From NCBI GenBank assembly GCA_012862495.1, contig BLSG01000120.1:43984-78957 (forward strand): a DNA stretch of 34,974 nucleotides, read 5' to 3'. The notes beneath the pieces are model-generated. The model saw only the letters and a list, made by a program, of their open reading frames with translations, did no database searches and was not told the DNA's origin. The DNA comes from Thraustochytrium aureum (lineage: Eukaryota). A program made the translations under genes and the position numbers. Positions 12,925-24,654 of the stretch are shown piece after piece; within the stretch, counting starts at the first letter, position 1; each line of letters begins with the position of its first letter.

Positions 12925-12962
12925 GGATGGGTGGATTGGATGGATGGATGGATGGATGGATG
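12925..12962 (+). repeat. (TGGA)n microsatellite
   Basis: ggatgggtggattggatggatggatggatggatggatg between the WDR35 stop and the CFAP65 start. Confidence 0.85.
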
Positions 12963-13019
12963 CGTGATGCGTGCAACATGCAGCGTGCGCGCTTGGAGAT
13001 GAGGTGGGTTGGTTGTTGG

Positions 13020-16000
13020 CTAAACGAGCATCATGTGGCAGAGCGGGCAGTGGTTGATGCCGCGGAGGTGCTCTTCGAGCATCTTGCGCGAGCAGCGGCG
13101 GCACTTGTAGACGCTGCCGGCCTGCCTGTCGTCGATGGACTTGCCTGACATCATGCAGACGGCAAAGCCGCTCGCGCGGCCCTTGTTGATCGTCTCGACG
13201 AGCTCGGTCACCTCCGGCGGGTCTTGCGGCCGGTTGGCGGGTGAATATTTGGAGCGCTAGCTTGGCGAAGCGCTCGCGGTCTGAAGCCGAGCAAGACGAG
13301 CCGCGCAGGGACTCGAGCTCGATAAATGCCTTGGAGCACTGGCCCCAGGCCCCGTTGTAGTACGCCGTCAGGGCAATGAGCGAGTACACATCGCGGCGCT
13401 CGAGGACGTCGTCGTAGGCGCGGAGCTGAAGTGCGCTGGCCAAGGCGTCCTCCATCCGTCCAGCATACAGCTGTCGCTGCGCCAGCATGAAGATGTGAAA
13501 GCCTTCCGCCCCGTGCCAGGCGTTGTCAAGCGAGCGATTTTCTCCAGTCGCCGCATCGTGCTGCACGAGGCTCTCGAGCGTCGCGGCGGTGGCTTGCGCC
13601 GCAGTCATGGCAGCGCGCGTCTTTGGCTTGCGACTCATCGTGCCGAGCTCAAACTCCTCGTCCAGGTCGCGCTTTTCGTCTTGATCGCCTTGCAGGCCCA
13701 TGCCCTTGAGCTGCGAGTCGAGCACGCGAGTCCGGAGCTCCTCCATCTCCATGGCAGCAAGCACGTGGAGCTTTTTTGCCCCGAGCGGGTCGACCTTGGA
13801 GCGACCCGCGTCCTGGGCGAGGCTTGCAAGCAGGGTGGCGGCCTGGGTCGACTTGCCCGCCTTGCGGTACAGCTCAATCGCCTGGAGCTTGTCGCCCTTC
13901 TCCAGGAGGTGCGAGGCATACTTGGCGAGCAGTCCTTCGATCTGGGGGAACTCGTGCTCTTCAGCGAGCTGCACAGCCTTCTCCCAGTTGTTGAGCAGGA
14001 CGCACGAGTCGATCGCAGCCTTGACGTCGCCCGCCTTGAGGTAGGCCATCGAAGCGCTCTCGGCCATTCCGACGCTCTGAAACTTCTTGCCGATGTTGTG
14101 CAAAAGGGGGGCCCCCTCGGGAATGATCCGCACGAGCTTTTCCAAGCAAGCGTACTCCTCGAGGATGTAGTAGCATTCAACCAGCGCCTCCGGGTCCTTG
14201 GCGGACGCAAAGTACTGCACCGCCTTGTTCCACTTTTGGCGGGAAGCGTAGTACTCGCCAATATTGCGCCACGCCTCGCGAAGGAGCTCGTCGTCACCCG
14301 CGCCGCCGCCGGTCTGCGCGAGCTGGACGACGCGGAACCAGTCGCCGAGCATCGTGCGCAGGTCGATGGCGAGGTCCTTGCGGTCGATATCGCGGTACAA
14401 CGACTCGGCCTCGTCGAAGCGCTCAAAGTAAGCGGCCACGTGCGCCTTTTGCTTGGTCTTGTCGTTGAGGTTCTTGAGCCGCTTGACGAGCTGGATCCCG
14501 GGGTAGTCGGCACAGTGCACGAAGGCCTTGTCGGCGACAGCAAACTCGAGACGCTCAAGCGAGGCCTCCGCGAGGAGGCGCCACAGGCGCGGGTGCTGGT
14601 GGCTTTCGATGTAGTCGTACGCGTCCTGCACCCCTACGTTCTTGAGCATCTCGCGCACGTCCCGGAGAGACTTGGTGGGAAAGTCGACCAGCATGTCAGT
14701 TGCGGGAGCAGCGGGCTGCTGCAGGATTTCGTCAAGCATGCCAGCTTTGATCTGAAGATCGGCGTGCTTGCACAAGTAGCCAGAAGACAGAACGGGCTCC
14801 TCGGATTCGAGGTTGCGGAACACGTAGAGCCGCGTCTTCTCCATGACGGCAATCAGGTCCGGGTTGTCGTCTGCCCACATCATGTCCCAGGCGTCCTTGC
14901 GCTCAAAGGCCAGCTGCTCGCCGAGCTGGCTTGACCCATTGCGCTCTACGCGCTTGTCCAGCTCGAGGAAGGTGAGCACGCCGTTGATGTCGATGATCGA
15001 GATTTTGCTGCTCGTGCAGTTGAGCGCAATCTGCTGTGGCCGGCAGCGGACCACGTACTTTGCCTCCAGAGAGAGGTGCGGGAGCGAGTAGCGCTGAATG
15101 GTGCCCGACTCGCGCCCGACGACCAGGCAGCGGTCGCTCGCCGCGACGCAGGTGATCGCGNNNNNNNNNNNNNNNNNNNNNNNNNNNNNNNNNNNNNNNN
15201 NNNNNNNNNNNNNNNNNNNNNNNNNNNNNNNNNNNNNNNNNNNNNNNNNNNNNNNNNNNNNNNNNNNNNNNNNNNNNNNNNNNNNNNNNNNNNNNNNNNN
15301 NNNNNNNNNNNNNNNNNNNNNNNNNNNNNNNNNNNNNNNNNNNNNNNNNNNNNNNNNNNNNNNNNNNNNNNNNNNNNNNNNNNNNNNNNNNNNNNNNNNN
15401 NNNNNNNNNNNNNNNNNNNNNNNNNNNNNNNNNNNNNNNNNNNNNNNNNNNNNNNNNNNNNNNNNNNNNNNNNNNNNNNNNNNNNNNNNNNNNNNNNNNN
15501 NNNNNNNNNNNNNNNNNNNNNNNNNNNNNNNNNNNNNNNNNNGTTGCAAAGGACAAGCGAGTGCTGGCGCAGCAAGACGGGACGATTCTTGGCGTCCTTC
15601 ACCGTGACGCTGCCTTCGGCGCGCGTGGCAAGCACCGCGCTGTCGCCGGCGGCACGGATTGCCGTGAGTCGCTTGACGTACTTTGTGTGGCGCTCGTCAG
15701 AGTGGGTGTCCCAGAAGACGACGGAAGCGTCGGCGCGGTCGGCGCGGTTGTAGGCGTAGCAAAGAGTATTGGCAAAATACCCCCAGCGATAGTCGAGGCG
15801 CAGGTTGGCAAAGTAGATGAACGAGTCCACGGCAAGCGCAATTCGCAGGCCAGACCCTTCCCAGGTAATCGCCGAGATTCGGTTGCCTGGCACCTTGAGC
15901 GAGCGCAAGTGCTGCCCAAACGGCGAGTAGAACTGAACCATGCACATGCGACGCCGATCCCCGTTGAGAAGGATTGTGTCCTGCGTCCCAGCGATCGCCA

Positions 16001-16913
16001 GAATGGACCCATTTGCATTCCACGACAGCTTGGAGAGCCGCATGCCCGTGTCGATGAGGACTGGCGGGCGGGCCTCGAGCGCCTCGGCGCTTTCGCCGGA
16101 CTCGCCGTCAGACTTGCCCTCGCCGGCCGCGGGCGTCTTGGCCAGGCCCCCGAGGCTCACGCCCTTGGTAATCTGCACGCGGCCGTTTCCAAGCGCGATG
16201 GCGAGGTCCGGGGCCTCGGTGTCTAGATAGCCTCTCGAACCGTCGTACCAGTCGATGCCGACAATGTCGTTGAGGCCAGCGGCTTCCGGGTCGTCGTCGT
16301 CCACTTCTGCCTCAAAGGTGGGCGCCGTGATGTGCAACGCGACGCGCGCGATTTTGTTGCCCTTGTTGTCAAACAGGAAGACGCGGTTTTGCGCGTTCGC
16401 AAACAGGATGTTGCGACCGTCGGGGGACCATTCGACAAAGGTTAGGTCCATGTTGAGCTCTTTGGCCCAGATCCGGTTGCCGTCGACTCCGCCCACAATT
16501 ACAGCGCCGTCCGCGTAGCCGATGCAGATGCGCTGGCCGTCGGCGCTCCACTTCATCGACTTGACGACGGATTTGTTGCGGTTGTTGATCATCTCTTCGT
16601 ACCACTCGGAGCGATGCAGCATCCACACGATGATGAGGCCGTTCTGATCGCTCGTCGTAAGCTTTCGGTACGTCGAGTTCCAGGTGCAGCACACCACCGC
16701 GCCTTGGTGTCCTTCGCAGGTCTGATTCATGGAGAGGTTGCTCGGCGCCGCGACGCCGCGCGCCTTCGAGTCGGCGCTCGTCTCGAGTTTCAGCACCTTG
16801 AGCAAGCCATTCTCCCCTCCGCACGCGATCCACCCCTGCGCCGAGTTCCAGGCCAAGCTATGAATCTTGGCCCCATTCGGAATAGCAATCTTCTTGCTCA
16901 GAAACACAAACAT
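13020..16913 (-). CDS. WDR35: WD repeat protein 35 / intraflagellar transport protein IFT121 (IFT-A); gap 15161-15542 and a +1 frameshift near 13235
   Basis: Diagnostic N-terminus MFVFLSKKIAIPN...GWIACGGENGLLKVLKLE...NLSMNQT...KLTTSDQNGLIIVW...WYEEMINNRNKSVV. The TPR region has HPRLWRLLAE and LGDWFRVVQL. The C-terminal zinc-finger CMMSG..CRRC..HCPLCH is in the shifted frame 13020..13211. Confidence 0.96.
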
Positions 16914-17024
16914 GGCGGCGTCCGCCTCCCGCGCCTCTGCTCCGCCGTCGCAGCCCGGGTCGTTTCGCGCGGCCTTCTAAATACCTCCTCTGGAGCAGCC
17001 GTATTGCCCGGGTCCCAGCAGCCG

Positions 17025-17103
17025 CTGCCGCCCAGAGCGCGTGAATGTGCCTTGGGGCTCTGCCGCCCAGAGCGCGCGAATGTGCCTTGGGGCTCTGCCG
17101 CCC
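17025..17103 (+). repeat. 35-bp tandem repeat, about 2.3 copies
   Basis: The unit ctgccgcccagagcgcgYgaatgtgccttggggct occurs at 17025-17059 and 17060-17094 (1 mismatch), with a partial copy at 17095-17103. Confidence 0.9.
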
Positions 17104-18074
17104 TGGCGCTCGAGTGCCACCTGCTCCGCCTGATGCTGGTCTGGCGCATTGTGACCGTTACAACGCCCATGTGTTGTGAAATAGCAGTCAACCTTCAGAG
17201 TAGTACCGGTCGCACCATCGCTGGAGCTACCTGACGTGGGAACAACCTACGGCTCGCGCCTGTTCGCGGGCGGCCGTGCTGCCGCCCTCCGTCGCTCGCT
17301 GGGCTGAGTTGGCGTGCGATGGCGCGGCGCGAACTGGCGCGTTNNNNNNNNNNNNNNNNNNNNNNNNNNNNNNNNNNNNNNNNNNNNNNNNNNNNNNNNN
17401 NNNNNNNNNNNNNNNNNNNNNNNNNNNNNNNNNNNNNNNNNNNNNNNNNNNNNNNNNNNNNNNNNNNNNNNNNNNNNNNNNNNNNNNNNNNNNNNNNNNN
17501 NNNNNNNNNNNNNNNNNNNNNNNNNNNNNNNNNNNNNNNNNNNNNNNNNNNNNNNNNNNNNNNNNNNNNNNNNNNNNNNNNNNNNNNNNNNNNNNNNNNN
17601 NNNNNNNNNNNNNNNNNNNNNNNNNNNNNNNNNNNNNNNNNNNNNNNNNNNNNNNNNNNNNNNNNNNNNNNNNNNNNNNNNNNNNNNNNNNNNNNNNNNN
17701 NNNNNNNNNNNNNNNNNNNNNNNNNNNNNNNNNNNNNNNNNNNNNNNNNNNNNNNNNNNNNNNNNNNNNNNNNNNNNNNNNNNNNNNNNNNNNNNNNNNN
17801 NNNNNNNNNNNNNNNNNNNNNNNNNNNNNNNNNNNNNNNNNNNNNNNNNNNNNNNNNNNNNNNNNNNNNNNNNNNNNNNNNNNNNNNNNNNNNNNNNNNN
17901 NNNNNNNNNNNNNNNNNNNNNNNNNNNNNNNNNNNNNNNNNNNNNNNNNNNNNNNNNNNNNNNNNNNNNNNNNNNNNNNNNNNNNNNNNNNNNNNNNNNN
18001 NNNNNNNNNNNNNNNNNNNNNNNNNNNNNNNNNNNNNNNNNNNNNNNNNNNNNNNNNNNNNNNNNNNNNNNNNN

Positions 18075-19006
18075 CATGCAGTCGGGATTCTTGGGCGCTC
18101 AGCGGGGCCAAGGCGGCGGAGGCGGTCCTTGACGCGCTCTGGCTAAGGCGCGCGATGGCCGCTGCGCCGGGTCCGGGCGTCCTTGAAGCAGACGCGGGAC
18201 GGCGAATTGCCCGGGCAGCCCGCTTCAAATTCTGCAAAATCGTCGTCCGCGCATCCCAGGAGGCCGCACACACCCGCTCGTGTATGGGAGCCCGGGATCG
18301 AACTCTCGACAAGCACGACGTGCTCATGCAAGAGCTCGGTGGGCGTAGCGCCTTGCGCAGCGCAGCCAACGCGCGAATACGAGCAATGAGGGTCTCCAAG
18401 AAGCTCGAACAGCGCTATTGCAGCGGACAAGTCGTGGTAGGCAACGAATACGATGTCCTCCCCCACGTGCAGGAACTCAACATCGCCTTGAGAATCGACA
18501 ACGAGTTCGACGTCGTCCCTCTCGACCGTCGCGTTGCCGCCATCCTCCAGGGTGTCCTCATCCAGAAACGCCGCAGGCTTGATCAGGAGGAATCTTGTTG
18601 GAGAAGCGGACCGAAGAGTCTTGAGAAGAAGGCTACTGCTCTTCCTGGCCTTGGGCGTCGCGCTTGTGGCCGGCAGCGGCGCGCCGCCCCCATGTGCTGT
18701 CGTATTGTGCGAAGGAGCAGGGCCATGTTGCGGCCGATCGCTGGGGAACCGAGCTTCAACGCGCTCTCGAACCAGCTGCGCTTGCCAAGTTGGCAGGGAC
18801 CCTCGCGGGTAACGCGGGAGCACGCGGGGGACGCTCTGGTCGTCTTTGACCCACAGGCTCTCGCCAGAGAAACCCTCGGCAATGACCATGGCTTCGTCGG
18901 ACCAATCGAACATTTGGTCATGATTGATGAGCTCCCATCCGTTCCAGCTCTTCAGCCTCCCGCGCAGGAAAGCGCCCCCTTCCTGCTGCCTGCGGCTGCC
19001 GCTCAT
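18075..19006 (-). CDS. Putative divergent Mei2-like RRM RNA-binding protein (5' part; continues into gap 17344-18074)
   Basis: PTRFLLIK...QGDVEFLHVGEDIVFVAYHDLSAAIALFELL resembles Mei2-like RRM1 (PSRTLFVR...YGDI...FVMISYYDIRAA). After removing one base near 18170, HVVLVESSIP...RVCFKDARTGAAAIARL resembles RRM2 (FYDVRAAEAAL). The similarity is weak and judged by eye. Confidence 0.45.
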
Positions 19007-20588
19007 CACGTGCTGCAGGGCGTGTCAGAGAGAAAGCTCGTTGGAGGGCTCGTCGGAGGAAGGACGCCTCAGCCGAGACCGGGCTGCTTCGTCTCGCTCT
19101 CACCGTCTCTGATGCCTCGCTCTCCNNNNNNNNNNNNNNNNNNNNNNNNNNNNNNNNNNNNNNNNNNNNNNNNNNNNNNNNNNNNNNNNNNNNNNNNNNN
19201 NNNNNNNNNNNNNNNNNNNNNNNNNNNNNNNNNNNNNNNNNNNNNNNNNNNNNNNNNNNNNNNNNNNNNNNNNNNNNNNNNNNNNNNNNNNNNNNNNNNN
19301 NNGGGTTTGGCCGGGCCGGGCCGTACCGCGCTTGCAATCGTTTCACACCCCGTGAATATTTCGCCTTGTCGCGGCCAAGACGCTCACCCGCGCTGCGCTG
19401 CTGCGCTCACGGGCGCCACAACGCGCCCCGCACTCTCACGGCCAACGCGTTTTCGGCCGTGGCGACGGCGTGCTCCAGGCCAAACCCGAACGTGGTCTGC
19501 CGAGCTCCAAGGTGTTCATGAACGCCACAGTGCATTCTTCGATCGATGAACAATTCTATGCTCGTGAACAAGCGACCGATCGCGGTGCACGCTCGCGAGG
19601 CCCTTGCCGTCAGTCATGTGGGGCGCTTGCGCCCTGGGCGAGTCGGCCGGGTTGAGCTCCGAGTCAATCGAGAGTGATGCCTGCGCCAGGGCCGAGCAGC
19701 TCGAGGGAGCGCAAAGAGATCGACTGGCCGCACGTGAACGAACACCGCTTTCCACGTCCACCAGCACCCCGTGTGCTCTACGGCATGCACAAGTGCGTGC
19801 TTGGGATGGACGACTCTTTGCGGCGACCAGTTTCAACGAGCAAGCCCTTGGGTGGGTCGAGCGCTCGGAAACTTGAGAGCTGCGCAGCGACACATCCAAC
19901 GCAGCTCCATCGCTTCGCGCGAGGCTGCATGCCGTCCGCCCTTGCCGGACCTAACGGAACTTGGGAGCATGCTGCGTGTCTCGCCCATGCTCGGCCAAAA
20001 TAGCGCCGTCTTGGACGTGATGCGGCAAGCCCGTGTAGCAGCGGTACGCGGCGCATTTTGCCCACGGCGCGGCGCGGAGGGCATCAAGCATATGATTATG
20101 TCGCTCCCGAGCCGGCCTGCCTGCTCTGCGCGAGCTCGATAGAGAGAGAGGAGGGAGAGCCAACGCCAACGCGCCCGCCAATCGGCGTCAAGCTATCCAC
20201 TGCATGTGTGTTCAGAGGGAAAAGCACGAAGCGAAACTGTGGCGCTCCGCGTCCATGCCCTGCGCTTTGCCCGGTGGCAGCAGCTCGCGTGCTTTGTGAG
20301 TAGTAGAGTCCTCTAGCTTGAGCTAGAGCTGTACCTGCAAACACCCCCACCCCGTCCTCTCGCTTGGCCATCGGCCTGCATTGTCGGAAGCGCGTGCAGA
20401 GTCGCTCTCGGCAGCAGCGCTGTGGCGAGCGCGGCAAGAGCACCCTTTTGCCGCCTCGCTTCGCGCGCTTCGAACGCCAGGCGCCGGACGAGGCATACCA
20501 CGGCGACCCGCGTCGCGCAACGCCAGCTAGGCAGCGGAAGGCGCGCCAAAGCCAACCGGAAGGCAGGCGGCGGCGACAGTAGAGCAGG

Positions 20589-21892
20589 ATGGGGGGCGGC
20601 GCCTCCAAGCAAGAAGGGGCGCCGAGTATCGCCAAGCTGTACCAGTTTCGAGAGGCCATCGGGAAAGGCTCATTCGCGACAGTGTACGAGGCAGAGTTGC
20701 TCGAAGAGGGGCGGCAAGACCTCGCGTGGCGAGCTCATTCCAAAAGAATGTCGCTATCAAGGCCATCGACAAGTCCAAGATCCCGCAAGAGGAGATCCCT
20801 CTGCTCCAGGAGGAGTGCAGGATTATGGAGAAGCTCTCGCACCCCAACTGCGTCGGGCTCCTCGAATTCTTCGACGAAGCGGACTTTCTGTACTTGGTCC
20901 TGGAGCTCGTGAGTGGCGGCGAGCTCTTCGACCAGATCGTCGCCAAGGGCTACTTTAACGAGGTCGAGGCCGCGCACGCGACCCAGAAAATCGCCATGGC
21001 GCTCGCATACATGGAAGACAAACGCATTGTGCACCGAGACGTCAAGCCAGAGAACCTCATCTTCGAGTCCAACGACGTCGACGCCAACATCAAGCTCACC
21101 GACTTTGGGCTCGCCAAAGACATCTCAGGGTGCGCCGACGATTGCCCACTGACGGACCCGTGCGGAACGCCAGGCTACGTCGCCCCCGAAATCCTTCGCG
21201 GCCTTCCATACGGCGGCAAGGTTGATTCATGGGCCCTCGGCGTCATCCTGTACATTCTGTTATGCGGCTACCCGCCTTTCTACGCAGAGGACCAGCAAGA
21301 CCTTTTCTCGCTGATCAAGCGTGGCGAGTACAAGTTTGATTCGCCGTACTGGGACGACGTTTCTGACGCTGCCAAGAGCGTTGTGGTCAAACTGTTGCAG
21401 GTGGATCCGGCCAAGCGGCTCACAGCAAAGCAGACGTTACTGGAGCCGTGGGTCGCTGATCCGGAGGCCCAGAACTCGAAGAACTTTGGCAACCACGTCA
21501 TCGAGGGCTTTGAGAAGATTCGCAAAGAAAAGGTCAAGCGCGCCATCCTCAAGATTAGGGCAATGACCCGATTTGGTGCTCTTTCAGAGGCTGCTCGCAG
21601 CTTTACGACAGCTCCAGCCGCAGCGGAGAGTCATGCAACAGCAGCAGCAACAGCAGCAGCAGCAGCAGCAGGAGATGATGCAGCCGGACCAGCTGCCCCG
21701 CAAGACGCAGCTGGCGATGCCTCCGGCGCCGAAGCGTCAGAAGTCGGTGGAGGCGACGACGATGCGGTCGCTCAAATTTCGCAGGGCGGGGTGGCAGTGG
21801 GGACCAACGGTGACGAAGGAGCTGCTCGGGATGCTCCAGGCGGAAAAGAGGCGCAGGCCGAGTCCACACCAGAGGCAAGCAGCTCGAGCTAG
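20589..21892 (+). CDS. Ca2+/calmodulin-dependent protein kinase (CaMK1-like) with N-myristoylation motif; frameshift(s) at 20708-20745
   Basis: Frame 20589 gives MGGGASKQ...IGKGSFATVY (Gly loop). Frame 20726 gives VAIKAID, HRDVKPEN, DFG, CGTPGYVAPE, DSWALGVILYILLCGYPPF and FDSPYWDDVSDAAK. A basic amphipathic CaM-binding-like helix KVKRAILKIRAMTRF follows, then an Ala-rich acidic tail. Confidence 0.93.
21634..21670 (+). repeat. (GCA)n trinucleotide repeat encoding poly-Ala in the kinase tail
   Basis: gcaacagcagcagcaacagcagcagcagcagcagca, read as ATAAATAAAAAA in the kinase frame. Confidence 0.8.
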
Positions 21893-22006
21893 CCTGGACG
21901 CGCTTTGCTCTCTCTAGAGATCTCCGAGCTCTAGCTAGCTAGTAGAGAGAGTGATCAAGTTAGTAGATGATGAATGCTGGGGTTTTCGTTGTGTTTGCGC
22001 TGCAGT

Positions 22007-24356
22007 TCAGTCCTCAATAGGAAGTACCTTTTCGCCTTCAAGCTCCAGCTCAGGCATCGCCGTAGCGAGCAAATCTTCGTCGCCGGACCCACCGACATCG
22101 GCTACTTGCTGCTCAAGCTTTCCTTGCCCGACCTGCGAGTCTGAATTGGCCCTTTGTTCCAGCACAACTGTGGGGTCGATTGGGCTTAAAAAAGACTCCT
22201 CGTCGGCGTCCTCGTCGTCGCTGTACATGAGGCCGACGAGATCTGCGTGCGTCGGGATGCCCGTTGGACGACGCTGCTTGGCTGGAGAAGCTGCCGTGGC
22301 CCTCTTGCTTGTTGTCTTGCTAAGTTCGGCGTTGACTGCAAACGCCACCTCCTCCTCCAATTTCCCTTCCATAACTGGGACGGCCTTGCCGCGCTCTGTG
22401 TCCGCGGTTTTCGCAGCCAGGCCGACAGCGTGCTGCTTTGGAATGCTGCTGTCGACCGCGAAGGGCTGAATCTCGGCCTCCTGTGCCAAACCGTCATGCG
22501 CGCCGTAGTCAACAACGACGCCGAGGTCCTCTTCGCCCTTCACGCGGTCGATCGGGTCGAGGACGGGCTCCGTCTCATCCGAGTCACTTGCAAAGTACGT
22601 CGAGACAGACTTGGCTCGCGGGCGCGTCCCAACCAAACCGTCCAAGTAGAGGTTCCCAGAAGAGGTGCGCCTTTCAAGAAAGGGCGGCGGGGCTTGCCCA
22701 TGGAGGTGCTCGTTGGTTGCCAATTGATGGTTCTCAGCACGAGCTCGAAGGTTCTCAACTGGGACGCATCGGAGCTCTTGGCCATCATCATCAAGTCGGA
22801 CGTTAATCGTATCGTCCACGTTGACGAAGGTGACGCTCCCTGGAAACCAGAGCCTGCTGTCGCCGTATCTGATCTCAACTTTGTCCCCGCGCCCAAACGA
22901 GTTCGGTTTCGAGCGCTCCTGAGGTGCGCTGCGCCTGCCGGAGTCTGCCTCTGAATTCGCATGGTGGGAGTGCTCGACCCCTGCCACGGTGTCAAATCTC
23001 AAGCCACCCCGAACACCCTCAACCTCCGCTACGACATGGCCGGGCGCATCTGAACCTGCTTGGGTGCGGCCCGCTTGACGTCGCGCAACCTGGCCGCGCC
23101 GCAGCGCCTGGAGCTTGACAGCGGCGTCCTCCACCTCGGCCTGGGTGTTGTCTTGAACGTTTTTGGGACCACCACTTGGTTGACTCTTGCCGGCAGCGCG
23201 GCGCGCGACCTGCCCTCTGCGGAGCGCCTGCAGTTTTGTCGCGGCAGATTCAAGCTCGTGCGCATCCAGCGCTGCTACGACCCCAGACCTGGCAAACCCA
23301 GTTTGGCGCCTACCCCTTGCTCGCGTGGAAGCCGTCGTCTCCTGTGGCACAGTTCGGTTTGCGATCTGCTTGCGCCGCGCCTTTTGGATCCTCACTGCGG
23401 CGTCCGTCTCGGAGACCGAACAATCATACGCGACAGGAAGGTCGAGGAGCTCGACGCCCCCACCGACGTGCGCGGCTGCGATGTGCTCCCCCTCCGGGAA
23501 ATCGCACACCTGGTCAACTGGAATCACGTAGTTGCTTGGGAAGAAGCCCAGCGTGCCGCGATGGATGTTGCGCCCATACCACCAGCCGTCGTCGTTTTCG
23601 CGCACCAACTCGACGAGGTCGCCCTTGCAGAGCGAAATGTCGAGCGCGCGCTGCGCGTCATAGTCAAACTGGGCAACCAAATACGCGGGCTCCTCCGCGG
23701 ACACCTCTTCTGCAGCTGGGGCAGCAGCTTGGGCCGCAAGGCGGAGTTCTAGCTGTTTGCTACGGACCTTTGCGGCCTCGAGACGCGATCTCGACTTGCT
23801 TTGGGGCTTGGATGCGCAGCGGCCAAAGCTCGCTAAGCTTTCTCGCCCTTCGGCGCTCCGCTTTCGATTTGCGTTCAAATTGAAGCCACTCGGGGAAGGG
23901 ACGACGGCTTTGGCCACGGGTTGGTCTGAGGTTTCAATTGCTGACAGCCGGCCAGCCGGCTTGGCCTTGGCGGTGGCTCTCCTCCGGTCCAGCGGCTCGC
24001 GGAGGTACTGCGTGCCGCTTCGGGGCACGGCGACGTAGAATGCGTTCCTCTTGCTCCCGCCGGAGCTCCTCATTCCGCAAGCGCAGGCGAAGGGTTGCGG
24101 CGCTGCATTGGTCCGCATCTGGGCCCAAGTCTACAGTGCGACGAGGGATCGAGGACTCGCTGGCATCCTGCTCGAGATAGCGTTCAATTCGTTGCTTGAA
24201 ATCTTTGTCGCGCTCGGCCTGCAGGCGCCTTGCTTCTGCGTCCTGCTCCCTGCGGGCCCGCGCTTTGCGCTCCGCCTTGTCAACGAGATTGGCGAGGCTG
24301 ATCTTGAACGGATCAACCGCCTTTGGCCGAGGCAGCTGCTTGCGCTGCAAAGGCAT
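22007..24356 (-). CDS. Coiled-coil + SH3 + 3x IQ + Tudor-like domain protein; frameshift near 23985
   Basis: SH3: YLVAQFDYDAQRALDISLCKGDLVELVRENDDGWWYG...GFFPSNYV. IQ motifs: AAVRIQKARRKQIANR, AATKLQALRRGQVARR and AAVKLQALRRGQVARR. Tudor-like: FGRGDKVEIRYGDSRLWFPGSVTFVNVDDTINVRLDDDGQE. The N-terminal coiled-coil frame (MPLQRKQ..., ATG 24356) lies in ORF 23934..24545. Confidence 0.75.
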
Positions 24357-24398
24357 CGCTGGCCACCCCCCTCCCTTTCGCGTACCTCCACCGGGCGA

Positions 24399-24432
24399 TG
24401 GCGGCAGCGGCAGCGGCGGCGGCGGCGGCGGC
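24399..24432 (+). repeat. (GGC)n low-complexity repeat upstream of the SH3-IQ gene
   Basis: ggcggcagcggcagcggcggcggcggcggcggc. Confidence 0.7.
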
Positions 24433-24654
24433 TGCAACCGCGCTGGAGGTCCGTCCACCTCTTGCTGCACGAGCGCACAATGTCCTGGGTCCAGCAAGCA
24501 CGATTGTTGCAGCTGGGGCCTCTCAGCGGTGCGCCGACGTGGCACTGCGCGGCGAGCGTCGGGACACTGGCGCCCGCAGCACGGTCAACGCGCAGGTCAA
24601 TGCGGTCGAAGGGCGTTGCAATGCAAGAAAGAGCCGTTGACATTCATGAAAATC

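Noticed and set aside
17025..17103. 35-bp repeat as a CRISPR repeat
   Set aside because: The copies are directly adjacent with no spacers, and the context is eukaryotic.
19303..20588. Short ORFs between the RRM-like gene and the kinase; likewise 6860-7480, 28620-29200 and 30050-31000
   Set aside because: They have Arg/Ala/Pro-rich translations with no domain signal and are best read as intergenic or UTR sequence. A small gene cannot be excluded.
21885..21950. CTAG/AG-rich strings (also near 20300-20330 and 34895-34915)
   Set aside because: Low-complexity intergenic sequence without a consistent longer unit or terminal inverted repeats.
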